From positions 1-37,576 of the forward strand of contig JBDRUX010000009.1 in the NCBI GenBank assembly GCA_039801565.1: a DNA stretch of 37,576 nt, read 5' to 3'. Shown here piece after piece: positions 1 through 10,521 of the stretch (positions within the stretch are counted from its first letter, which is position 1; every line of letters begins with the position of its first letter). A program made the translations under genes and the position numbers. The notes under the pieces were generated by a model. That model worked only from the letters and a program-made list of their open reading frames with translations, did not search any database and was not told the DNA's origin. The DNA comes from a candidate division WOR-3 bacterium. GTDB lineage: Bacteria > Hydrothermota > Tepidihabitantia > Tepidihabitantales > JAOUPE01.

Positions 1-150
1 GAATCTCTTACGAGCTACGCGCAGCGTCCACCGAACGAAAAGGGGAAAAACCACGAATGAACACAAATAAACACGAAAAAGATGAAGAAGCATATTGAGA
101 AGAATCTCACTGCGTGAGGTGAACACAAAGAACTTAATTTATCTCTGTGA

Positions 151-216
151 TTCGACGAAGTCGACTCTGAACTTGTTTCAGAGTTCCCTTTTTCTTTCTT
201 AATCCGATTCGGATTC
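151..216. repeat. Modular palindromic REP-like element, divergent copy
   Basis: TTCGACgaaGTCGA + CTCTGAActtgtTTCAGAG + T-rich linker + AATCCGAtTCGGATT; outer modules shared with 10423-10484 and 34980-35050. Confidence 0.7.
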
Positions 217-350
217 TCTGTGGTTTCTTTCATAAAGTTTTTTTAATATAAGACTATGGATAAGGTTTTTTAAACCAAGTGCAGACTTCTAATTCTTTTG
301 GTTATCAGTTAGAAAAGACGAGAATGTAATTTTGCCTTATTTGCTGCTTT

Positions 351-1946
351 TTAGGTCAACATTTCTCGCAGGGGTTCAAATTTGCGCAGCCGAACCGGAT
401 GGCGGAGTTTTCTTAATGCCTTGGCTTCAATTTGCCGCACCCGCTCCCGGGTGATATTGAAAATCTGTCCGACCTCTTCTAAGGTTCTGGGCACACCGTC
501 ACCCAAACCGAAGCGCAGCCGCAGAACCTTTTCCTCACGTTTGGAGAGTACTCCGAGCGATTCTTCCAATTTTTCGCTTAATAGCGAAACACCAGCCGCA
601 TGCGCTGGCGACGTAGTCTTTTCGTCCGAGATAAAATCGCCAATGAAGGAAGATTCTTCATCATCAACCGGTTTGTCTAAGGAGATACCATACTGAGAGA
701 TTCGAGTCAAAGCTTCAATCTTCTCTTTGGGTGTAGATAACCTTTGGGCTAATTCGGGCAAAGTCGGCTCACGACCGTATTTCTGGATAAACTTCCGTTG
801 CATTTTGGCAATCTTATTGATTGCATCAATGATATGGGCTGGTACCCGGACGGTTCTTGACTGGTCGGCAATCGCTCGGGTTATCGCCTGCTTGATCCAC
901 CAGGTCGCATAAGTGGAAAACTTGAACCCTTTGCGGTAATTAAATTTCTCGACCGCTTTAATCAAACCAACATTACCTTCTTCTAATAAATCGGCAAATT
1001 CTAAACCCCGATTGACATATCGTTTCGCAATCGAGATGACCAGCCGAACATTTCCTTCAATCATCTTATTACGGGCATCAATGATTTGGGCTTCAATCGC
1101 ATCCATCTCTTTCATTATCGTTTTCAATTCTTCCGGCTTGCGCCCCATAAAGTCATAGAGGTCTTTCACCTTGCGCTTCAATTCTTTTTGTTCTTCAGCC
1201 GAAGCCCGACGCTGTTTGGCTAATGCCTCCTGACGTTGGGACTGAGTAATCAATTCTTGGGCATTCTGCTTGAATTTTTGAATAAATTGATTAATCAGGT
1301 GGTGCTGTAAAGAGAGGGCTTGAATCCGTTTCAGAATCTTTTTGCGCAGCGCTTCAATTTTTCGAGCATAGCGCCGCGACGCCCGTTTTTCTAAAAGCGT
1401 CTTTAAGATTTCCGTATCGCGTTGAATTGCATGCACCCGGCGGATGAATTTCTGGCGGTCCCGCCACATTGCCCGCCGGTCAAAAAGACACTCAAATTCA
1501 ACCCGAGCAATCTGGTCTAAGGCTCGACTGCCATCTTCAACGGTTAGACACTCCTTAATTAACTCTTCAATCATCGGTACCGGTTCAAATAGATAGCGGG
1601 TTATCTTACGATAACCGTCCTCCATCAGTTTGGAATATTTCACTTCTTGTTCTCGGTCAAGCAAGGTGAGTCGGCTCAACTCTCGAAAGTAGAACTTGGT
1701 TGGGTCGGTGATTCGCTCTAAGACTGGTTTGGTAAATTTTTTGGGCGCCGCTACTTCTTCCCGCGACTTGATAACCGCAACACCGTGCTGGGTGAGGTCA
1801 GACATCACCGCTTCAATCTCATCCGGGGAAATATATTCCTCGGGTAAAAGTTCATCTAATTCGTCATAAGTTATTTTCTTATCTTTGAGCGCCTTCTTAT
1901 AAATTTCATCCAGCCATTTACTTCGGCGCTTGCGCGTATCTTTCAT
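351..1946 (-). CDS. rpoD: RNA polymerase primary sigma factor (sigma70)
   Basis: Region 2 [42 protein letters not shown]; region 4 [30 protein letters not shown]; follows dnaG. Confidence 0.97.
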   Translation of the reverse strand: MKDTRKRRSKWLDEIYKKALKDKKITYDELDELLPEEYISPDEIEAVMSDLTQHGVAVIKSREEVAAPKKFTKPVLERITDPTKFYFRELSRLTLLDREQEVKYSKLMEDGYRKITRYLFEPVPMIEELIKECLTVEDGSRALDQIARVEFECLFDRRAMWRDRQKFIRRVHAIQRDTEILKTLLEKRASRRYARKIEALRKKILKRIQALSLQHHLINQFIQKFKQNAQELITQSQRQEALAKQRRASAEEQKELKRKVKDLYDFMGRKPEELKTIMKEMDAIEAQIIDARNKMIEGNVRLVISIAKRYVNRGLEFADLLEEGNVGLIKAVEKFNYRKGFKFSTYATWWIKQAITRAIADQSRTVRVPAHIIDAINKIAKMQRKFIQKYGREPTLPELAQRLSTPKEKIEALTRISQYGISLDKPVDDEESSFIGDFISDEKTTSPAHAAGVSLLSEKLEESLGVLSKREEKVLRLRFGLGDGVPRTLEEVGQIFNITRERVRQIEAKALRKLRHPVRLRKFEPLREMLT

Positions 1947-2077
1947 ATTACTCCTTTCCCAATCAAACCTCTCAAAAGAGCTTTGCCCCTTTGAATCCCC
2001 AAATTATTTTCAATCCGGGGAGCTGAGGGGTCTCCTCATCTTTAAAGTAAACTTTGGGCATCTATCACCCATTATAT

Positions 2078-2105
2078 ATTATAGTTAGATTTTGGTAAAA
2101 TGCAA
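2078..2105 (-). promoter_or_regulatory. Putative sigma70 promoter for rpoD
   Basis: Minus strand TTGCAT-16 bp-TATAAT. Confidence 0.55.
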
Positions 2106-2117
2106 ATACTAATTTTT

Positions 2118-3791
2118 TTAACCCCGTCGCAACATTTTTGAGATTTGCCGCTTGGTTGCATAATACTCATTAGTCAATTGGGTTAGTTTCGTAGTCTCAT
2201 TTTGGCTTTTAGCTTTTAAAAGTTGGCGATAAAGACAATTCGCCTTCAGTTCGCGAAGCCGCAAGAGAAATTCATCCTCCTTCAAGGTGATTTTCTCAAA
2301 CGCCCATTCGGTAACCTTTGACTTCAAATCGTCGCTGGGCAGTTCATCAATGAGTTCTCGTAAAGCCAAACTCCTTCCCTCTTGTAAGTTAGTATAGATA
2401 ACCTCGGCAATTTGTTTCAGTCCAGTATCGTCAATCAGGTCTAAGGGCAACTCTTTTTGCGCAATTGCCGCATAGGCGGGTTCCTGGGCAATTAGGGCTA
2501 AGAGTCGTTCCAGCCGCGAATTGGTTTTGACTTGGGGTCTAGCCCGTTCCAGTGTCTTGCGTTGTAATCGGCTAACCAATATCGCTTTATCTAAGTCAAA
2601 AAGTTGAGCAATCTTATTGAGATATAACTCCTTAGTTATTTCGTCACCAATTAAACCAGTAAGTTCTATAATCTTATCCAGTACCATCTTTTTTTCGCTA
2701 ACTGTCCGGGTCGGCTCGATATAAGAAATATAGCCGACATAATCATAAAGCGACTCGAGCGCTCGCTGAAACCCTTCCTTACCGTATTGCAAGATATACT
2801 TATCTGGGTCATATCCATCCGGGAGCAGTAAAATTTGGGGTTCCACGCCAGCCTTTAACAATACCTCAATCGCCCGCTGGGTTGCGCTACGACCTGAGGC
2901 ATCGCCATCAAAAGCAATGATTGCGGTAGTGGCATAACGACGCAGGATAAGGGCTTGCTCATTAGTTAAAGCGGTACCTAAAGGGGCAACGACATTAAGG
3001 ATTCCTTTATCAACCAAAGATAGTAAGTCAAAATTGCCTTCGACCACAATCGGTTTATTCTCCCGCAAATAGTTTTTGGCTTGGAATAGCCCATAAAAAT
3101 TTTCACCTTTCCGAAAGATTACCGTCTCTGGGGAATTGAGATATTTTGGCTCTTTAGTTGGGTCTAACACCCTACCGCCAAAACCGATGATTTTACCGGA
3201 TAAAGAGAAGATGGGAAAGATTAATCGGTCAAAGAACCAATCGTAATAGCCATTTTCCTTTTTTACTACCAGGCCGGTTGCCAAAAGTAAATCCTCACTA
3301 ATATTATGTTTCTTAGCTTCGCCGAAGAGCCGATTACCACCTGGGGCATAGCCCAAACGGAATCTTTGGATTGTCTCCGCTTTCAATCTTCGTTGCTGTA
3401 AGTAATTTTGGGCTAATTCGGACTTAGCAAGTTCTTGACTAAAAAATTTTGCGGCAAACTCACAAGTGTCATATAACGGTTGGTTCGGTGTCGTAATTTT
3501 ATCAAATTCCAAAGTAATACCTAACCGGGTGGCTAATTTCTTGACCGCCTCCGGAAACGACAACTTCTCAAAGTTCATCACAAAGGTTAGGGCAGTACCA
3601 CCAGCCCCACAGCCAAAACAATGGTAAATTTGCCGCTCGGGACTGACATAAAATGATGGCGACTTTTCGGTATGAAATGGGCATAAGGCGCGATAGTATT
3701 TTCCCGCCTTCTTTAATGGTAGATAACTGCCAACCAATTCAACGATATCGGTTTCGTTACGAATTCGTTCAATAACTTCGGGTTTAATCAT
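2118..3791 (-). CDS. dnaG: DNA primase
   Basis: CHC2 Zn finger CPFHTEKSPSF...CFGCG, KYLNSPET, TOPRIM VVEGNFD and FDGDASG. Confidence 0.97.
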   Translation of the reverse strand: MIKPEVIERIRNETDIVELVGSYLPLKKAGKYYRALCPFHTEKSPSFYVSPERQIYHCFGCGAGGTALTFVMNFEKLSFPEAVKKLATRLGITLEFDKITTPNQPLYDTCEFAAKFFSQELAKSELAQNYLQQRRLKAETIQRFRLGYAPGGNRLFGEAKKHNISEDLLLATGLVVKKENGYYDWFFDRLIFPIFSLSGKIIGFGGRVLDPTKEPKYLNSPETVIFRKGENFYGLFQAKNYLRENKPIVVEGNFDLLSLVDKGILNVVAPLGTALTNEQALILRRYATTAIIAFDGDASGRSATQRAIEVLLKAGVEPQILLLPDGYDPDKYILQYGKEGFQRALESLYDYVGYISYIEPTRTVSEKKMVLDKIIELTGLIGDEITKELYLNKIAQLFDLDKAILVSRLQRKTLERARPQVKTNSRLERLLALIAQEPAYAAIAQKELPLDLIDDTGLKQIAEVIYTNLQEGRSLALRELIDELPSDDLKSKVTEWAFEKITLKEDEFLLRLRELKANCLYRQLLKAKSQNETTKLTQLTNEYYATKRQISKMLRRG

Positions 3792-6085
3792 TTCAGTTTC
3801 ACGATAGTGACACCGTCACCGCCTTCATAAGGTTCAGCTAATCTTATTGTCTCAACCCGGGGGTCACGGCGTAACCTTTCCCAAACCATCTTCTTCAAAA
3901 TCGCTTTACCTTTGCCATGCAGGATGGTGAGTTGCTTCGCACCGACCAGTTGGGCATCGTCAAGAAAGCGTTCTAACAACATTTTTGCCTCTTCAGCAGT
4001 CATACCTCTTATTGTCAGTCGGGGATTGAAAAACGCTGGTTCGGTGGTATTCAATTGCCCCCAATCGGTCGGCGATTGTTTTGTCTCGATCTTCTCCAAA
4101 TCTTCGGGTGGTAATTTTATCTTGATACTACCCAAGGCAATTGTGACGCTATCTTGGTCAGTAGCCACCACCAAACCTTGCTTACGAAAGGTCCGCGAAT
4201 AGACCCAATCCCCTGGTTTATAATCAGAGAGATTTTGACTTCTTATTTCTGGTTCGACCTCGGACAATTTTTCCAGTCTTTCTTCAATATATTTCTTGGC
4301 TTGGACGATAGCTGATTTTTCGGCATTCTTCTCTTTAATCTCGCGCACTAAGTTCTCAATCTCTTTACGAGTTGTCTTTAAGAGTGTGCTCATTGCCGTG
4401 CGCATCTTCTTCCTCTCTTCTGCCTGAAAGGTTTGAAACTGGGCAACCTTGGAAGCATATTCATTTTTCAATTGTTCCAGTTCTGCTTTCGTTTGAGCTA
4501 AGGTACGATTTAGGACCTCGGTCTTTGTGCGTTCCGCACTTAGCCTCTTAATCTCTTCACTCAAGTCGAGCCAATCCTTGCCTAAATATTCTTTTGCCCG
4601 ATTGAGTAGCTTCTGAGGCAGACCCAATTCTTGCGAAATTGCCAAGGCAGAAGATTCGCCCGGAATCCCCATTATTAAGCGATAGGTCGGTCTTCCTAAG
4701 AATTCCATCGCAGCATTTGCCATACCCGAAGCATTTTGAACAAACAGTTTCAACTGACCAAAATGGCTGGTGGCTAAGGTTAGCGCTCCTTTATCCCGTA
4801 ATGACTCTAACATCGCCATTGCCAATGCCGAACCCTCTTGTGGGTCAGTGGATGAACCAATCTCATCTAAAAGCACTAAACTTTTCGGATCGGCGTCCTG
4901 TAAAATTCCTTTGATTCTTAAAAGGTGGGCGGAAAAAGAAGAGAGGTCGCTCTCCAGAGACTGTTCATCACCGATATCAGCAAAAACATTCTGATAAATT
5001 GGCATTGCCACATATTGGGCGGGTAGATACATCCCACAGGCAAGCATTGAAGCCAAAAGTCCCACTGTCTTTAAAACCACCGTCTTACCACCGGCATTCG
5101 GTCCGGAAATTAAGATAACCTTAGTGTTGTCTGGAAGCGAAAAATCTAATGGGACAACTTCCCGCTTTCTTAATTGTAGTAAAGGATGGCGACATTGCCG
5201 AATTGCGAGTTGGCCATTTTCGGTAATTTGGGGTTTCACACAATCGAAACGCAAGGCAAAATTCTTCTTGGCTTGTAGTAAATCAAGTTTCTCAATTATC
5301 GCCAACGAAGATAGAATAGCCGAACGATTTTGGTTAACCAGTTCGGTCAACTGCGCCAAAATTCTTTTGATTGCTTCGGCTTCGGCACTGCGCAACTGGG
5401 CTAATTCATTTTGGGTCTCGACCAATTCTAATGGTTCAATGAATAAGGTCTTGCCGGTTGCCGAATAGTCATGAAGAATTCCGGCAATTTTACCCTTGGC
5501 TTCCAATTTTAAAGCCAAGACAAACCGGTCGCCTTTAATCGTCAACCCTTGTTCTTGGAAATAATCGGGGTGAGCTGACCTAATCTTCTCTAATCGGTTG
5601 ACAATCTCGTTGCGGCGCTGTCTTATTTCCATCCGAATCTTTTGGAGTTCTGAGCTGGCATCGTCGCGAATGCTACCCGCTTCATCAATTGCTTTGTCAA
5701 TCGCCTGTTCAATCGGCTCAAAAGTCTTAATATTATAGGCAATTTCGTAGGTCAACCTTAGACGATTTTTGCGTTTAGCGAAAAATTCTCTAACCTTACG
5801 CAAACCACCAAGACTTATCCGAATTTGTGCCAGACTCGTCGGATTTAATAGACCTTGATTGGCTTGTCCAACTAACGACCGAATATCCGTCACTAAACCC
5901 AGATTCAAATCATCACCGAATTTGAGTAACTCTTCAACACAATCCAGTTCTCGTTTAACCCAAATTGCATCAGGATTGGGCATCATTTTTAAAGCCGCTT
6001 CCCGTCCGAGTTCCGTCTGGGTCAAGTTTGCCACTATTTCTTGGACCTTTTGGAAATCAAGGACCGTTAGCGTATGGCTATCCAT
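3788..6085 (-). CDS. mutS2: MutS2 family ATPase with C-terminal Smr domain
   Basis: Walker A ISGPNAGGKT, DIGDEQS, LLDEIGSSTDPQEG, coiled coil, Smr ILHGKG...GGDGVT. Confidence 0.95.
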   Translation of the reverse strand: MDSHTLTVLDFQKVQEIVANLTQTELGREAALKMMPNPDAIWVKRELDCVEELLKFGDDLNLGLVTDIRSLVGQANQGLLNPTSLAQIRISLGGLRKVREFFAKRKNRLRLTYEIAYNIKTFEPIEQAIDKAIDEAGSIRDDASSELQKIRMEIRQRRNEIVNRLEKIRSAHPDYFQEQGLTIKGDRFVLALKLEAKGKIAGILHDYSATGKTLFIEPLELVETQNELAQLRSAEAEAIKRILAQLTELVNQNRSAILSSLAIIEKLDLLQAKKNFALRFDCVKPQITENGQLAIRQCRHPLLQLRKREVVPLDFSLPDNTKVILISGPNAGGKTVVLKTVGLLASMLACGMYLPAQYVAMPIYQNVFADIGDEQSLESDLSSFSAHLLRIKGILQDADPKSLVLLDEIGSSTDPQEGSALAMAMLESLRDKGALTLATSHFGQLKLFVQNASGMANAAMEFLGRPTYRLIMGIPGESSALAISQELGLPQKLLNRAKEYLGKDWLDLSEEIKRLSAERTKTEVLNRTLAQTKAELEQLKNEYASKVAQFQTFQAEERKKMRTAMSTLLKTTRKEIENLVREIKEKNAEKSAIVQAKKYIEERLEKLSEVEPEIRSQNLSDYKPGDWVYSRTFRKQGLVVATDQDSVTIALGSIKIKLPPEDLEKIETKQSPTDWGQLNTTEPAFFNPRLTIRGMTAEEAKMLLERFLDDAQLVGAKQLTILHGKGKAILKKMVWERLRRDPRVETIRLAEPYEGGDGVTIVKLK

Positions 6086-6104
6086 TTTTTGACCGTCAAA
6101 AACC

Positions 6105-6157
6105 CAGTGAGCAGAGAGTGGTAAGCAGTTTTTCTTCCTTTCGGCTCACTCCTCACT
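6105..6157. repeat. Degenerate heptamer inverted-repeat element (AGTGAGC/GCTCACT type)
   Basis: CAGTGAGCAGAGAGTGGTAAGCAGT...GCTCACTCCTCACT; left arm resembles the reverse complement of 20853-20882. Confidence 0.55.
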
Positions 6158-6159
6158 AA

Positions 6160-6360
6160 TTAAAGTCCAGCTTCTTCTTGAGCACGGCGGAGTGCCTTGC
6201 GTCGGGCTTCGGCTATTTTTCGTTTCCGACGCTGGCTGGGTTTCTCATAATACTCATGCCGTTTCAGTTCCCGTAAAATTCCAGCCTTTTCGCAGGCGCG
6301 GCGAAACCGACGAATGAAACTCTCGTAAGGTTCACCATTTTTGACTGTAATACCTGACAT
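6160..6360 (-). CDS. rpsU: 30S ribosomal protein S21
   Basis: ESFIRRFRRACEKAGILRELKRHEYYEKPSQRRKRK. Confidence 0.96.
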   Translation of the reverse strand: MSGITVKNGEPYESFIRRFRRACEKAGILRELKRHEYYEKPSQRRKRKIAEARRKALRRAQEEAGL

Positions 6361-6480
6361 TAACTATTTGCCACCCCCTTTCCGACAGTTAATAAAAACT
6401 TTCCTGAGCTTCCATAACAATTTCTCTTAAGAAAATTTAAATCATTTCGTTGGTTGGTGCTTTGGTGCATTGACTGTTGG

Positions 6481-7614
6481 TTATGCCTTTCTCGGTGGCG
6501 GGACGGATTCGTCCAGACTCTTGGCTAATTCTTTTAATAGTTCGCGCTCGCGACTGGTAATCTTTTCTGGGATGTGAACTGTAATCTTTACCAACTCATC
6601 GCCCCGACCGCCATCAAGATGTTTTATGCCTGCCCCGCGAATGCGGAGAATGGTATTGGGTTGGGTGCCAGGGTTAATCTTAATCGGTTTTTTGCCATTC
6701 AAAGTTGGTACTTCGACTTCACCACCTAAGATTGCCGTGGTAATTGAAATCGGCACCTCCACAACAATATCGTCATTCTGGCGAGTAAAGAGTGGATGTT
6801 CTTTCTCCTCGATTTCAATAATTACATCGCCCCTACCACCCGGACCATAATGTCCTTCACCATGCAATGGCAAGTAATTGCCAGATTTAACCCCGGCTGG
6901 TATGCGCACTTTGATGGTTCTTTGCACCCGGACCCTGCCTTCACCTTTACAATTGGCGCAGGTATCCTTAACAACTTCACCTTGTCCAGCACAATTGGGA
7001 CAGGTGGAAATCTGAACAAATTGACCGAAGACGCTTCTTGATACCTGGCGGGTCTCACCGCGGCCTTTGCAAACCGGACAGGGTTGAGTTCCTTTACCAC
7101 CTTTACCTTGACACTCGGCACACCGTTCAAATCTTGAGATAACCAGTTCCTTAGTCGTTCCTTCAGCAATCTCTTCTAAACTTAAGCGAAGTCGGATATG
7201 GATGTCACGACCCCGAGCAGCCCTTCGGGTTGCAGTCTCTCTTTCCCCAAATAAAGTATCAAAGATACTGCCCGTACCGAAGTCGCCAAACCCACGAAAG
7301 AAATCGGCAAAGATATCGCGCAAGTCATCAACATGGGTAAAATCCCGCCGGAAGTCGAAGCCACCTGGACCAAATCGGCTCGAGACCCCTTCGTGGCCAT
7401 ACCGGTCATAAAGTGCCCGTTTGTCTTTATCCAACAGAACCTCATAGGCTTCGGAAAGTTCTTTAAACTTCTCTTCGGCTTCTTTGCGATTGTTCGGATT
7501 CATATCCGGATGGTACTGTTTGGCAAGTCTTCGGTAGGCTTGTTTAATCTCTTCTTCGGTAGCGTTACGGGAAACGCCTAAGATTTCGTAATAGTCACGC
7601 TTGGTCGTCGCCAT
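6481..7614 (-). CDS. dnaJ: Chaperone DnaJ
   Basis: J domain with HPD, G/F region, four CxxCxGxG motifs. Confidence 0.97.
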   Translation of the reverse strand: MATTKRDYYEILGVSRNATEEEIKQAYRRLAKQYHPDMNPNNRKEAEEKFKELSEAYEVLLDKDKRALYDRYGHEGVSSRFGPGGFDFRRDFTHVDDLRDIFADFFRGFGDFGTGSIFDTLFGERETATRRAARGRDIHIRLRLSLEEIAEGTTKELVISRFERCAECQGKGGKGTQPCPVCKGRGETRQVSRSVFGQFVQISTCPNCAGQGEVVKDTCANCKGEGRVRVQRTIKVRIPAGVKSGNYLPLHGEGHYGPGGRGDVIIEIEEKEHPLFTRQNDDIVVEVPISITTAILGGEVEVPTLNGKKPIKINPGTQPNTILRIRGAGIKHLDGGRGDELVKITVHIPEKITSRERELLKELAKSLDESVPPPRKA

Positions 7615-7657
7615 TAATCGCTCATCACTTTTGCGAAAATTATAAACTGCTTATTTT

Positions 7658-9559
7658 TTACTTTTTCGGTTCTTCATCATAGACTTGATAATCGGCATCA
7701 ACCTTTTTCCCAGCCTCGGGTCGTTCGGTGGTTTCAGCTTTTGTCTCAGCACCCGAGGGTCTTTGTGCCCGTTTATACATCTCTTCGGCTAATTTATAAG
7801 ATGCCTTTTGGACATTTTCCATTTCGCGTTCGATTGCCGCTTTATCTTCGGTTCGCATCACATCCTTAAGTTTAGCAATTGCATCTTCAATTGCCTTACG
7901 GTCGGCTTGTGAAATCTTATCGCCAAACTCTTTGAGATTCTTTTCGGTATGATAGATTAGAGAATCGGCTCGATTGCGGGCATCAATCAATTCCCGTTTC
8001 TTACGGTCTTCCGCGGCATGGGCTTCGGCATCCTTAATTGCTCGCTCCACATCCTCCTTGCTTAAACCCGAAGAAGCGGTAATTCGGATACTCTGTTCTT
8101 TATTGGTTGCCAAATCCTTTGCCGTGACATGTAAGATGCCATCGGCATCAATATCGAATGTCACTTCAATTTGTGGAACACCTCTTGGTGCCGGTGGGAT
8201 GCCATAAAGTTCAAATTTGCCCAAGGTCCGGTTATCAATTGCCATTTCCCTTTCACCTTGTAAAACATGGATGGTGACCGCGGTCTGATTATCCTCAGCA
8301 GTAGTAAAGATTTGGCTCTTGCGGGTTGGGATTGTAGTATTCCGCTCAATGATGCGCGTCATCACACCACCTAAGGTCTCAATCCCTAACGAGAGCGGTG
8401 TCACATCCAATAGGACCACATCTTTCACTTCACCAGCCAAGACCGCACCTTGAATTGCCGCACCAATTGCTACCACTTCATCCGGATTAATTCCCTTATG
8501 CGGCTCTTTACCAAAGAAGTCACGCACCAATTGCTGGATTCGAGGCATTCGAGTTTGACCGCCCACCAAAATCACTTCATCAATATCTTGTGGTGTCATC
8601 TTAGCATCTTCTAAGGCTTGTCGGACTGGTCCGAAAGAGGATTGAATCAAATCTTCTGCCAACGACTCCAGTTTAGCTCGGGTCAACTTCAATTCTAAAT
8701 GGAGTGGTCCCCGTTTTTCATCCGAAGCGATGAATGGTAAACTGATATTGGTCTCAAGTACTGTGGAAAGTTCACATTTTGCCTTCTCGGCTGCTTCGCG
8801 AATTCGTTGTAAAGCGGTACGGTCTTTAGATAAATCAATGCCATAGGCTTTGCGAAATTCTTCCATTATCCATTCCATCACCCGAACATCAATGTCATCA
8901 CCACCCAAATGGGTATTGCCATTGGTCGAACGAACCTCAAAGACCCCTTCGCCAATCTCTAAGATTGAGATATCAAAGGTACCGCCACCAAAATCATAGA
9001 CCGCAATCTTTTCGGCTTTCTTTTTATCCAGCCCATAAGCCAAAGCCGAAGCGGTCGGCTCATTGATAATTCTTAAGACCTCAAGACCAGCAATCTTACC
9101 AGCATCTTTTGTGGCTTGACGCTGAGAATCGTTAAAATAGGCAGGAACCGTAATAACCGCTTTGGTTACTGGTTCACCCAAATAAGCCTCAGCCGCCTTT
9201 TTAAGATAAGCCAGAATCATTGCTGAGATTTCCGGTGGTGAATAATCCTTATCGCCAATTCTCACCCAGGCATCACCATTTGGTGCTTCCACCACTTTAT
9301 AAGGTACTCGCTTTATCTCCTCGGTCACTTCGGAATACCGGCGTCCCATAAACCGTTTAATTGAATAAACTGTGGTCTCTGGATTAATGATAGCTTGGCG
9401 GCGTGCCAGTGTTCCGACCAGCCGTTCTTTACCAAAGGCAACAACCGACGGGGTAATTCTGCCGCCCTCAGGGTTAGGAATTACCACTGGCTGACCCCGT
9501 TCCATTACTGCCACGCAGGAAAAGGTTGTGCCTAAATCAATACCAACTACTTTTGCCAT
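7658..9559 (-). CDS. dnaK: Chaperone DnaK (Hsp70)
   Basis: [48 protein letters not shown]. Confidence 0.99.
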   Translation of the reverse strand: MAKVVGIDLGTTFSCVAVMERGQPVVIPNPEGGRITPSVVAFGKERLVGTLARRQAIINPETTVYSIKRFMGRRYSEVTEEIKRVPYKVVEAPNGDAWVRIGDKDYSPPEISAMILAYLKKAAEAYLGEPVTKAVITVPAYFNDSQRQATKDAGKIAGLEVLRIINEPTASALAYGLDKKKAEKIAVYDFGGGTFDISILEIGEGVFEVRSTNGNTHLGGDDIDVRVMEWIMEEFRKAYGIDLSKDRTALQRIREAAEKAKCELSTVLETNISLPFIASDEKRGPLHLELKLTRAKLESLAEDLIQSSFGPVRQALEDAKMTPQDIDEVILVGGQTRMPRIQQLVRDFFGKEPHKGINPDEVVAIGAAIQGAVLAGEVKDVVLLDVTPLSLGIETLGGVMTRIIERNTTIPTRKSQIFTTAEDNQTAVTIHVLQGEREMAIDNRTLGKFELYGIPPAPRGVPQIEVTFDIDADGILHVTAKDLATNKEQSIRITASSGLSKEDVERAIKDAEAHAAEDRKKRELIDARNRADSLIYHTEKNLKEFGDKISQADRKAIEDAIAKLKDVMRTEDKAAIEREMENVQKASYKLAEEMYKRAQRPSGAETKAETTERPEAGKKVDADYQVYDEEPKK

Positions 9560-9636
9560 AAATATCCTCCTTGTTATTATAATTAGACTCTACCATTCGG
9601 CTGGCCGATTTAATTTTTCTTACTAAAATTTTATGG

Positions 9637-10287
9637 TCACGCCCCTTCCTGACATTGGTTCTGGTCAACCGAGGACTGCGGCGATTTCGCTTTACTCACA
9701 ATAACCAATGCTGGCCTAAGTACCTTGCCTTTAAGGAGATAACCTTTACCCACTTCTTCAATCACAATATGAGGTGGTTTCTCATCAGTTTCAATATAAC
9801 CTATCGCCTCGCACCGCTTTGGGTCAAACTCTTCACCTAAACAGGAATACTCTTGAAAACCATATTTGGCTAAAATATCTTTCAATTGATTATAGATAAT
9901 TTTCACCCCTTTCAGCCAATTCGGGTCGGGTTGGTTTACCGTATCTTGGGAAGACCGACTCGTTTCCTCAGCATCCTTTTGGGTAATTTTTTCGTTACCC
10001 TGGGCTGTGGATTCATTAGCAATTGGGTTATCAATTCCCAATTCGATATGAGCCAAAGCTCGGTCAAAATTTTCTAAAACCGGCACCAAATCTAATAAAA
10101 GACTCGCCTGAGCAAACTCCCGAAATTCTTCATTTTCCCGTTGAACCCGTTTCCGATAATTATCAAATTCGGCTACCGCTCGTAAGTATTTATCATAATT
10201 ATCCTTAGCCTCTTGTTTCACTCTTTCCAGTTCCTCTTTCAATTTGGTGACCGGACCTTTTTTGTGTTCAGTCTCTTGCGATGCCAT
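9637..10287 (-). CDS. grpE: Nucleotide exchange factor GrpE
   Basis: YLRAVAEFDNYRKR, GEEFDP, KGYLLKGKVLRPALVIV; directly upstream of dnaK. Confidence 0.95.
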   Translation of the reverse strand: MASQETEHKKGPVTKLKEELERVKQEAKDNYDKYLRAVAEFDNYRKRVQRENEEFREFAQASLLLDLVPVLENFDRALAHIELGIDNPIANESTAQGNEKITQKDAEETSRSSQDTVNQPDPNWLKGVKIIYNQLKDILAKYGFQEYSCLGEEFDPKRCEAIGYIETDEKPPHIVIEEVGKGYLLKGKVLRPALVIVSKAKSPQSSVDQNQCQEGA

Positions 10288-10387
10288 ATTCTCTCAAATA
10301 GCAATGGAAAGACTACGGTTTAGCCAAAGCGGTCGCACGATCTTTAATACTTGTGACTGGTCTTTTTGGATAAAAAACATTAATTAT

Positions 10388-10415
10388 ATTATAGGTGGAA
10401 AATCCGTTTCGTCAA
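10388..10415 (-). promoter_or_regulatory. Putative sigma70 promoter for grpE-dnaK-dnaJ
   Basis: Minus strand TTGACG-16 bp-TATAAT. Confidence 0.65.
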
Positions 10416-10422
10416 GACCTCT

Positions 10423-10484
10423 TCGAATCCGAATCGGATTTAGAAATAAAAAAGAAAATTCCTTAAGAATTCGACTGCGTCGAA
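10423..10484. repeat. Modular palindromic REP-like element
   Basis: Reverse complement nearly identical to 34980-35040 (about 3 differences in 62 bp); lies between the divergent grpE and cas6 promoters. Confidence 0.85.
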
Positions 10485-10521
10485 CTTGACATTAACTAAT
10501 CTTTTACTACCCTTTGGGATT

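Noticed and set aside
15..233. 72-aa minus-strand ORF
   Set aside because: Runs through the palindromic repeat mosaic; no recognisable protein features.
10244..10489. 81-aa ORF ending KENSLRIRLRR, the same peptide as at the N-terminus of ORF 34096-35022
   Set aside because: The shared peptide is just translation of the REP-like DNA element.
10486..10521. TTG start for cas6
   Set aside because: The TTG is part of a TTGACA -35-like box; ATG 10522 fits better.
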